Shown here: in pieces, positions 10,320 through 20,800 of the stretch
How positions within the stretch are numbered: the first letter of the stretch is position 1
Layout: every line of letters begins with the position of its first letter
Assembly (NCBI GenBank): GCA_037447605.1
Contig: CM074821.1
Coordinates: 1,984,001-2,048,000, forward strand
From: Zygnema circumcarinatum SAG 698-1b
Lineage: Eukaryota > Plantae > Zygnematophyceae
Direction of reading: 5' to 3'
Length of the DNA stretch: 64,000 bases
The notes under the pieces: generated by a model
Database searches by the model: none
Seen by the model: only the letters and a program-made list of their open reading frames with translations
What the model was told of the DNA's origin: nothing
Program-made: the position numbers and the translations under genes

Positions 10320-12872
10320 ATGGCGGCTTCCATGGCGCTGCTTCGCCAGGCCTCTCCTGCAGCGGTGCTCTGCTCCGCGTCGTTGGCTTCGCAGCGCCCA
10401 TCTGAGCGCGCTGGGCCGTGCAGCTGTCCTTTCTCCCGAACCGCGGCGGGATCCGCTGCTGTGGCTCCTGCTGGAGCTTTACAGAGAGTGGCGGTGCGGA
10501 CGTCCTCGCGCACGCGGGTGGTGGCTTCTCAGGGTGTCACGGAGACGTCAACGTCGTCTTCTAAGGGCGAGCAGGTAGTTGGAAGTTTGCTGCATTTGCC
10601 ATTTCGCTTTCTGCGTGTGGTTCTTTGGAATCTTAGCGTCGCAATCTGAGTTAGGAGCTTAACTAACCTTCAGGAGGTTTTGCAGCAGTTGCAAACAGTT
10701 GAAGAGTGTTGATTCTGCTGTACCCTAGACTATTAATTGCCTCAATTAATCTTCTTTGATTGATTGCAGAAGACGTCATACCACTTTTTGGTGGCTAACG
10801 CCAAGTTCATGCTAGACGACGAGGAGCACTTTCAGGAATTGATGAGAGAGAGGCTGCGCCACTTCGGCGAGTTGAACCGCGAGCAGGACTTTTGGCTGGC
10901 ATATGAGCCCGAGTTCCTGAAGAACTTCCCAGAGATAACTAAGCGCCTTAGCCGACCGGCTGTGGCACTTGTTTCCACGGACAGTGTCTGGATTACGTAA
11001 GTACTATGGCCTGGATATCTCCATTTTTTGTCCTTTTTCCAGAAAGTTTGATTGGCGATTTTTTTGTGCTTCTCGTGTGATCTAAGAGTTTTGGGAGCTT
11101 GGGACTTGCTGCATCCGATGCAGTCAAAATGTGATATCTTTTCACGGTTTACAATTATTCCGGTCGTTGCTTTGCCATTAACATGCTCTAAGATCGCCAG
11201 ATGGCTGCAATACTTCGCAGTCCTTGAAGGCTTTTATACATAAGTTTCACGTGTCGGTGCATATGGCTGCTGTTTGTTAGTTACTACTGTTGTTTCTAAT
11301 CCTTTCACGCCTGGAGATACAGCTCTTCCAGCGCCTTAAATGGAGTCACTTGTTGAGCTGGTCTGACCTTTGTTTGTTGTGTGATGATACCAACGGAAGT
11401 CTGCAAAAACGGCTTTTTGCGCTTGTAGAAATGAGAGAGAATGCTTCAAGTTTCCTTAGGTCGGAGGCTTCAGTCTACAAATCGTCTGCTTGAAGGACTC
11501 GTGTTTTTGGGTCCATTAAAGGTCGAGCTGGCTCAAGCAATATTTAATTCCTCCAGTTAAGGTGGTATGCCGGTGCTGAAGTCCCATGCCTCGTCCGTTT
11601 TTTGTAACACCTTGCTGAATGCTCGTTGTACTGTTCAATGTTATACTCCAACTTTCTGCATCATAGCCAGCAACTTTTCGATTCCCGAACTGTTGGTCAA
11701 ATGGCCTACTTACTTAGTCTTGCGTCTGATATATTCTGAAGAGCCAGAGTTGCAATCACTGGCTTTCCCGTTAATTTGGGTTCGCATTCTAGATTTCCTT
11801 CTGTCATCATAACAGATTAAGTCCAGGATTCGTTTGACGAACACAGTACATTGAATGCACCAGTTGCAGTATTGGCATTGGGGATTGCAATTGGGTGGAC
11901 GATTTTTTTGTGCTCACGTGAGCAGGGGCGTTAATCCTCATTGACTTTCTATTGCCCATCCCAAGAGTTTCTAAGGTAGAATAGATATCAGTCGATGTGG
12001 AGCTGAATAAAAGCTAAGTGAGTTTCTTTGTGTGGTTGTCTCTATTATAATTCTTTTGCTGTATGAATTAATGCCTCCCAGTTGATTCCTTTCTTGCTGG
12101 TCACTCCCCATTTATTGTATACATCAAGCCACCCGGTAGTCTTCCTTGATTTTTGTCCAGGCCCCACTTCTCACATGCTCAACTTATGGGTTAGTTCTGG
12201 TGCCTTAGTTAGTGATGTAAAGCAGAAACTGCGAAGGTGTTACGTGGAATTTCTAATTAGCAGTAACAGGGCTTTCCATGAATTTCCAGAAGCTGTCATT
12301 GCACGCCTTTATGAGCTTGCATGCATGCCGGTCACAATATCTGATAGCTCCTCCGTGAATCTGGTCTTCACTGGCGAACTAATTGAGATGCTGAACTCTG
12401 TTCTGAGAAGTTGGTAGTTAGTTCTTGCTTGACTTTTTGTCATTTTGGAACATTCATTTAAGAATAGAGGACTGTAAAGCATAAGTGTTTGAGCTGTGAA
12501 TCGTTATGAAATCTGTAGAATACAACCTCATTGACTGTGACTCAGATTGTTATGCAGGTTTCAGTTCTAAGTTGAATGAACGCGTCGAAAGTGTTGCATA
12601 AGTAACAGCTGAGTTACGTTTTTTTTGTTTTTTGAGGGGGAAGGTCCGCTCACGCTTGTGGTCGGTTTTTTTTTGCTTTCCTATGCAGCTTCATGAAGCT
12701 ACGCCTGGACCGGGTGCTGAAGGGAGAGTTTGAAGCCTCCAGTCTGACCGAGGCTTTGGAGTCCAAACCGGTGGATGCAAAATTCGAGAAGCCGGCGGAG
12801 TGGGTGGCGCCTTATCCCAAGTACGAGGGTTCGTGGTGGACTCCTTTCCTGCCACCCCACCTGTCCTCGTGA
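10320..12872 (+). CDS. YCF54: YCF54 (LCAA), chloroplast Mg-protoporphyrin monomethyl ester cyclase accessory protein; 3 exons (~10320-10574, ~10770-10996, 12689-12872)
   Basis: Transit peptide MAASMALLRQASP. Ycf54 domain YHFLVANAKFMLDDEEHFQELMRERLR...QDFWLAYEPEFL...PAVALVSTDSVWIT|FMKLRLDRVLKGEF; C-terminal WVAPYPKYEGSWWTPFL. Confidence 0.93.
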
Positions 12873-13632
12873 GCTGATTCACTAAGCGAAGTCGAATAGC
12901 ATTGTGTCAGCCAGGAAGGACGATGTACTATGCGCCACGCTCCCTGTCAGACTGTCTTCGGGGAGATGCAGAGAGTCCATTAAATTAGGAAAACGTTTTG
13001 AGCTAGAGTGCCGGAGAGCTTCACTGGGGTGAAGGATGCACACCCTGCACGTGCAGAGCTGCAAGAATAAAATGGCGAGCTGTCGCTAGCATCCCCTCTG
13101 CTTGTTGGCATGTGTGACGAGCATTTGTAAACCTTGATTCATCCTGAGGGGTGTGTAACGTAGCAGTGCACGAAGATGGCTGCCAGCACCTAGGCTCCCA
13201 TCGGTAGGGGAGGGGAGGAGAGAGAAAGATAAGAGGGGGAGGGGGGGAGAGTGTGTGTGAGTGAGGGAGAGAGTGTGGGGGAGGGGGGAAGAATGTGTGT
13301 GAGAGCGAGAGAGCGAGGGGGTTGGGGGGAGAGTGTGTGTGGGTGAGAGAGAGAGTCCTACTAGAGACACCAGCATGCTTTGCACCTCAGCGTGAAACCG
13401 TGTCCTGAACGAAAGGTCAGCAATGTGAAGAGACCTGCAGTAGGCCTTTCAGTATTGCTCGGTCTGCAGGCTGGTGAGAGACACGCATCTCCATTCCGTG
13501 GTCGAGGTCCTCGGCCATGCTGTCCCTTTCGTTTAGGGGATGACGCAATTACTTCGTGTGAGAGCGACGAGGGGCGGGCGACGAGTCCGTCCATAGAAGC
13601 GTGCCGGTGCTGCCTCGCCCTCATCGCAAATA

Positions 13633-13928
13633 GGGGTTGTCAGGGCCGGGTCCCATGCGGCCGACGTGTCGCCGACGTGGCGCCGAAAAACATGTTTGCC
13701 GCGCCGACTTCCACGACCCTCCGAGGCGCCGTAACGGCGTTACGACCATTCGCGTGTTGCCACGTGGCTACAAAGACATCCCGGTAGCGTGCGACTGCCA
13801 CGCTGGCGCGCATCCGTCGAAACTCGTCGTACAAAACGACGTGAACAAAGGATTTCGCGGGGTTCCAAAACGTCGACGTGGCGGGCGCTGGTTGGAGAAC
13901 GCGGTTTCTGATGGTTTTTGACAACCCC
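13633..13928. mobile_element. GC-rich MITE (296 bp), 10-bp perfect TIR GGGGTTGTCA, TA target-site duplication
   Basis: TA(13631-32) GGGGTTGTCA(13633-42) ... TGACAACCCC(13919-28) TA(13929-30). No recognisable coding capacity. Confidence 0.75.
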
Positions 13929-13935
13929 TACTCTA

Positions 13936-14496
13936 CTACCAATAATTTGCACAATTGAACAATTAAAAATTTTGGTTGCTCAAAAAAAAACTATCCATAA
14001 CTGGTGTTAAAAAATAAAAACGTATTTTCGCTTTAGGTTTCTTTTCTTTTTGAACAATGAACCTTGTTCAAATGCGACTGCAATACAGAACCAATTGAAC
14101 ATTGAAAAATTAATTCTCGGTCATATTCAATTTCAATATTTGGTGCATCCACTGATCAACAGTGAGATCTTGGCAAATCGCGAAGCGCGAGGGCCCAAGT
14201 CCACGCACGTTCAAATTTTGCCAATTTGCATTTTCGTACCGTAAGGAAATCGTTGATCTGACGAAAAAATCGTACGGAGAAAATTGGGCTTAAGCAAATC
14301 TAGCAGATTGCTTGGATCTTATGTGGCAAAAACTGGAACCCACACAGATTGAGACTTTGAACATTTGAACTTTGATTTTTATTGTTCAATTTGGAAAACT
14401 ACTGACCTCGGGCGTTCAAAAGTTCAAATGAAACTTTTTTATTTGAACATTGAACATTTCCAAAAAAAAAAGTTCATTTGTTCAAATTATTGGTAG
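13936..14496. mobile_element. AT-rich MITE (561 bp), ~25-bp TIR CTACCAATAATTTG(C/A)ACAA(T/A)TGAAC, TA target-site duplication; Tc1/mariner-like by TSD
   Basis: TACTACCAATAATTTGCACAATTGAAC at 13934-13960 versus the reverse complement of 14472-14498, TACTACCAATAATTTGAACAAATGAAC (2 mismatches in 27). Many internal TTGAAC/GTTCAA motifs. Confidence 0.8.
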
Positions 14497-14635
14497 TATG
14501 GTAATACAAAGTCGGAAAAACAGCATTTGCAGAGAACCAGGTGGAGCACAAAAACACACTTTTATGTCCACCCCTCGGCCTCAATACCGCCCTGCAATAC
14601 TCCTCCTCCTCCTCCTCCTCCTCCTGCGCTCTCTC

Positions 14636-17613
14636 TCAGCCGTTGCCCTTCTTCTTCTTGGGGCGCGCGCGCTTCCTGCGCGGCCGGTCGAGGCTGCCGG
14701 AGGCGGAGGGCGCGCCCGGGGGCTTGGGCGCGTCGCTGCCGCTCGAGCCTTGGGGCCGCGCGGGGGGCGGAGGCATCAGGACGCGCGCCGCCTGCACCTT
14801 CTGTACCTTCTGCACCTTCTGCAGCGCCAGAAGGGAGGGGGAGGGAGGGAGGAGGGAGGGAGGGAGGGGGAGGGGGAGGAGGGAGGGAGGGAGGGGGAGG
14901 GAGGGAGGGGGAGGGAGGGAGGAGGGAGGGAGGGAGGGAGGGAGGGGGAGGGAGGGAGGGGAGGGAGGGAGGGAGGGAGGGAGGGAGGGAGGGAGGAGGG
15001 AGGGAGGGAGGGAGGAGGAGGGAGGGAGGAGGGAGGGAGGGAGGAGGGAGGAGGGAGGAGGGAGGGAGGGGGAGGGAGGGAGGGAGGGAGGGAGGGAGGA
15101 GGGAGGGAGGGGTGGGGGAGTGGGGGGGGGCGCTCTCAGTCCGTAGGCTTCCCAGCACTCACGCAGGGGCTGCCAACGGTGCGCATTTCCCACAAACCAA
15201 ACAAGCTGGCTGTGCGACCAATTCAGGACTCTCTAGGAAGAGCACAAAAACTGGGCGCACTTCTAGGTCCGTGAGCACACATAATGGCCTTGACTTGTTT
15301 AGACAACGTCTGGCATAATCAAGATAGTCCTATTTAAAGCCCCTCAAACTTAGCTGGGTCTCAGGGCAAATTTCACGTAAATGCATACACGATGGACTAA
15401 AGGCATAACCTCTTTCATGCATTTGTTTGAAGGCTGTGAATCCAATACTATGTGCCTAACTTGAAGTCGTGTTATCTCCTGGATGGCTTGCATTCCAAGG
15501 GTGGGTTTACAAGTATGTTTCGACAGACTAATTTAGACATGCATATGAATGCTGCTGATCGCGAGCAGTTCACAAGAGCGAGCCACACGAAGGCTGGAGA
15601 TCTAAGATGGACTGGAAATTGGATTGACATTTACAGTGCGGGTTTGATTGCTGCTCATTATAACCTGCTTAAATATTCAAAGCATAAAGGTGCATTACAG
15701 ACTGCGAGAGGGGGAAGGAGACACTGACCTGCAGATTGGCCGGCCGAAGGGGGCCTTTCGCTGCAGGGCCATTGCGCCCATTGCCAACTGTTCGAGGTCT
15801 CTGAATGCCACTGACAGCAGCTGCCTGCCGTTGCTTTGAAGGCCGGCTACTGATGGCTGCCTCCCTTGGACTGGGAAGCACCTGCTCTCGTGAAGTGTCA
15901 TCTCCGAGCTCATCATCAGCGTCTGCATCTTCACTGGAGCTGCCGTCCATGAAGAAGTCGTCCTCACTCATGTCTAGGGCGCCATCATCTTCGCTGCCCG
16001 TCTCTGCTGACAAAATTCCACCCACTCTTCGGTCAAGACTGATCCGACCACTATCTAGTTCCTGTCAGTCAGCACAGGCATGCGAACACCCTGTTGGAAG
16101 ACAAATCCACTGGTCTATTCGGGGTTGCTGGCTGCTCACATAGGAAATATCTATCATCGGAGTCACAAGCATATGCGCCTTATAGCCAGATATGGGCATG
16201 TCTTCAAGCTAACTTTCTCATTCAGATGCTTCAATCCAGCGTGACCTCATCCAGTTACGATTGCCAAGTACAAATGCACGCTGATGTTCATCTGTCTGAA
16301 CATAGCCATTACCACTAGCAGCCAATACGTGGCTGTAACACAAGTGCATGTTTAACAACCTTAAGCTTTCATATACGAGTCAGTTAACCCTTCCTGCATC
16401 TCGCAGACACCAAGCAGTAAGCACACCGTTGAGGACCAAAGCAAAACCAAGTATGGCCAGCCCCGGTCACCTTCTAGATCATGGCCAGCAGCTGCAGCTT
16501 CAGCAAGGTTGTTCTTTATTTTTTCCCTGAGCTCTTGCCGTTTCTGGACGACAGCCTCATCCTCGTTGCCCAAGAAGAGTGAAACGTAACGCTCTGTTTT
16601 CGGAAAAAACTGCTTACAAGAACAGCCCGCCAGCTGTTAGCCACCACAATTACATCACTTCACCTAAACAAACCACCCACACTTCAATCCGCAAACCTGC
16701 AACCAATTTTACGACCAGTCACCACATCACCCGTTTCTAAAGGCAAGGGGAATTTTAAGGTACAAAGCCCTGTCAAGTCTGTGCATCTCACGGAGAGAGC
16801 AATCAAGCCTTAGAGAAACGCGAAAGCTGCTGTGCTGCAGGAAACGGAACAAACTCGAATGTACTCAAGGTCCTCCTTGAGCGCTGCCAGCTGTCGACCT
16901 AACTCCAGAGCCTGCCGGCCTCCACGGTCTTCCCCCGGATTTTCTGCAAGCACTCGCTGCTGCCGTTCTACCCGTCTAATTCGGCGCTCGACTTTTCTTC
17001 GCTCTGCTCCCTCACCCACATCCCATAACTTCCTTTCAATAATTTCAATTATTTTCGCCTGGCATGCTCCTGCTCACATGCTTCACCACTTGTCATCCAT
17101 CTCTCTATAGGCCGATCCCTAGAAGTTTCCATTTCCCTCGCAGGCTGAGCACGCCTCGGCTGAATGGACAGGAATGATGGATGCAAACAAGATTCCAGAG
17201 ACCAGGCTAGTTCCCAAGCGCTGACCAAAGAACTTCACTTTGCGGTAGCGCAGTGCCATCGTGCGTTCGAGCTCGCTCTTGGCATGCTCGTCCGCAAGCT
17301 TTTGCAACTCTTCCAATTTTTTCTCCTGGACAAGCTTCACTTGCGCAGGTAGCTCCTGCAAGCTCGAGTCTGCCCATTTCAGTAGGAATGGCTATCCCAT
17401 GCAACCTCTGCGCGCCATCCGCTCACTTAACCTACACATTTGGCGGCACCCTTAAGTGCAGAGGACTGGGAAAGGGATGCATAAGTGAGGCACCTTGCGA
17501 AGCAGGCGCTGCACGGAGCGGATGCGGTTCTTTATAGAGGCGATGCGACCCTTCTTCTCCTCAGCCTGCCCGCTGCCCCGTCCCTTCCGCCGCTGCGACA
17601 GAGCGCGAGGCAT
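14636..17613 (-). CDS. EFG1: Multi-exon EFG1-like rRNA-processing (18S maturation) protein
   Basis: ATG at 17613. IASIKNRIRSVQRLLRK; KKLEELQ...ERTMALRYRKVKFF|ERRKVERRIRR; LKEDLEYIR|FFPKTERYVSLF; acidic SEDDFF exon (~16020-15728); last exon 14818-14636 ending RPRRKRARPKKKKGNG*. Confidence 0.8.
14829..15130. repeat. ~300-bp (GGAG/GGA)n purine tract, equal to a polypyrimidine tract on the EFG1 sense strand immediately upstream of its last acceptor
   Basis: Directly visible; almost exclusively G/A on the + strand. Confidence 0.95.
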
Positions 17614-17898
17614 CTCGCCCTCTCCCACTGCCTCTCTCTCTCTCTCCTCCTCCCCCTCTTGCAGGCCAACGGCGCTCACTCGCGCGCAGGCGCCATGGCG
17701 GCATGCGGCCCGCGGGAAAGCGGGAGGGCGGGAGACGCGACTGCGGACGGAGGGCGGAAGTAGCCGCAGCGCGAGGCGGCCTCACTCCCTCGCCCTCGCC
17801 CTGTGCTCCCCTCGTCCTCCTCCTCCGCCTCCTCTTCCTCCTCCTCCTCCTCCGCCTCCTCTTCCTCCTCCTCCTTCCTTGTGCAGAGCAGCGCCTCG
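17614..17898. promoter_or_regulatory. Putative bidirectional promoter/5'UTR region between EFG1-like and UBP14
   Basis: Divergent ATGs at 17613 (-) and 17899 (+) are separated by only 285 bp of GC/CT-rich sequence. Inferred from geometry only. Confidence 0.5.
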
Positions 17899-20800
17899 AT
17901 GGACGGCGTGCGGGAGGCTGCGCAGCATGTGCGCGTGCCGGATACCGCCACCCCCATATACAAGGAGGAGTGCTGCGTCTCCTTTGCAACTCCCGTATGC
18001 ACCTCCTCGGCCGCCCCCTCCCCCCCACCTCTATCTCTCTCTCTCTCTCTCTCCCCTTTCTCTCTCGCCCAGTTTCTTGTCAGCGTCTCTATTTGCTGAC
18101 AGCCGATTGCTTCCCTGATAGGTCTGCAAACCTCTTTTTGATTTGATTTGTGTTCAGAAGTCGGAGGGAGGATTGTATGTCGACTTGGTGTCCTTCCTGG
18201 CGTTTGGGCGTGTCTGTGTCGAGTGGAATTTCGCCAAGACTGGACACTCGCTCTACTTGCGCATACGCAGCACTCCAGAAAGTGATGAGCGCCCTTTCAA
18301 AAAGCCGACACTTCTAGCCATAGGTGCGGTATCTCTCCCTTGACGCTCTACCTCAATCCTGTTATCCATCACTTTACCTCGCTCCTTTTCGGCTGATGGA
18401 GAAGCGATGACTTCCGCATCTCTGTGTCACGAAGTTGTTATTCTGCGAGCCGCGACGGTCCTCCATTTTGGCCATTTATAGTAAATATCACATGGGATCG
18501 CATTTTTTGGCAATTGACTGCACCCTTGAAACGGGTTGCTTCGGAAGGTGTGTGACTATATGGTTTCGTCAAAGCACAGCGTAGAGCTCAATCCTTTCTC
18601 TTTTTCGAATGTACGTTGGGCTTAGGACGAACTGTCGTGAAGTTTTTTGGGGAAATTTCGTTACATCTTGTAAATCCGGGCTTTTTCGGGATCTCTTATG
18701 TTCTTGTAGGTTTGTTCCACATGCTGGCATGGAAGTCGAATGACAATTTGAATTCAGGAATTAGGGCTGTACCTACGAGTATTGGTTAGTAACGAGCACT
18801 CACATCAATACCGTGGGTTATCCAGGGGTGGAGGGTGGGTTTGAGTCCAAGGAGCCGCGGTTTAAGGATGAATACAGTGTAGTGGTGCTTCCCAGCTTTG
18901 CAGAAGTGCCATATCCGAATGAAGAACTACCAGAACAGGTATTATGGGCTTTTGGCGGATGCATGCACTGTGCTTAGTTCAACTAGTCGTCAATTCTGTG
19001 GGAATAGCAAAGTGGACTGCACATTGTGTGAAGACATGCGGTATGTTTGGAGCAGAGAGCTGCTGAATGGGGCATTGCATGAGCAGCATTCACGTGATGC
19101 TTTACGTTAAAAAAGTATTCATGGAGCTCCTGTTGGAAAAGGGTACAACTTGCAGGTTAGAGTTACGGTGGAAAAAGTGCTTGCAGCAGAGGGAGCAGAG
19201 AAGCAGCAGCAACTGGCTGCATGGCTGGGCGACAAGAAGCCTGTGAGCGCCTATGCGGCGAGTCTCCAGCAGCTGGACGGCGGCGCGGCGGTCCCCCCCT
19301 CCGGCTGGAAGTGTGCAAGGTGCGAGCAGCGCGAAAACCTGTGGCTCAACCTCACTGACGGGACCATCCTCTGCGGCCGCCGGAACTGGGACGGAAGCGG
19401 AGGGAACAACCACGCTTTGGAGCACTACAGCGTTGTCAAGTATCCCCTCGCCGTCAAACTTGGAACCATTACGGCCGACCTCTCGTCTGCAGGTGCGGCA
19501 TGCAATGTGGATCGACCATCCGGCTAACCGGGGCGGTCTTCTTTTGTTGTTTTATGGATGGTGGCGGGCACTCCTTTGGTCTTTGCAACGTTTGTTAATG
19601 AGATGTACCTTTGAGTCTTCTGTGGATAACGTCAACCACCAGTTCAAACGGGAGGATTCTGCTTGTATATTCATACACTCAGAAGGTGTCGTTTGGGCTG
19701 TGCTTTCAGACGTGTACTCCTATCCAGAAGATGATGCAGTGGAAGACCCTCTCTTGGCGCAGCATTTGGCACACTTTGGAATTGATTTCTCTTCATTGCA
19801 AAAGGTGTGTCTGGAACATATCTTGATTAGTTTTGTTGCTCCCATCCTGGAAAATGCACAGGCTTCTTTATTGCACACTCAGCAGGCGTGTTTTGAACGA
19901 AGGAGACAGGACCGGTGCAGCATCCAGAATCACGTTTCTGACGGTCTAGATTGCACTGATGATATCAATTGCTTCTGTGAGTTATCAAACGCCAATTGAA
20001 GGTTCTTCGAGATATTTCACTTTTGAGTTAATGAATGTCATCGTAGCCGCATTTTGAAGATTTTGGCACATTCAATTGTTGCATTTTTGCCGCAAGGGTT
20101 CGAAGCTGTTTTTAGGAATTCAAGTTGGATGTGAGAGTTGAACATGCGCCGATAGAACAGCAAGTTTCTCGCTGCTGCTTCAGACAAGCGTCTAGAGACC
20201 AAAGCAACAGAGCTCACCAGATTGCAGATTATTTGTCCTTTTCCCATTCCCGGCATATGAAAAGCTTAAATGATACAAACTACTTTGCTGGTTGATGGTT
20301 GTATTTGTTTAGAGCTTTGTTTACCTTTATCTCGGAGGATTATGATCAAATGTAAACGAAACTCCACCCTCAATGGATGAGATTCTATAATTAGATGCAA
20401 TAAAGAATGCAGCGGTTTGGCTTTTTTCAAAGTGCTAACGGCGAAAGCTAAGGAATCGAGCGGAAGTTTCTAGCAGATTGACATATTGTTTCATGGACAC
20501 TCTACTGTGTAAGCTTATCCCGTTTTTAGGGGTTTTATATTCATGGAATGCTGAACAAACTGTCATATAAGCAAACACTGACTCAAGTGAACGAGATGCA
20601 ACTCTGACATCTAGCCCTATCGATACACGTTCTTGATGTGCCCTTCCTCCCTCGACACTGTTCTCGCTTCACTGATCCCCTCGTGAAATGTCCAAAGTGA
20701 CATTTCCACGGGTATAGAAAAGGTCCTGGTCTTTTCCGAGTCCCCTCCGGCTGACAAGTGGCCCTGGGGGGGACCGGCCACGGGCTGCTTTCAGACAGAG

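Noticed and set aside
14450-15318. G/E/R-rich and P/S/L-rich ORFs of 185-274 aa
   Set aside because: Read-through of the GGAG tract; only 14636-14818 (-) fits as an EFG1 exon.
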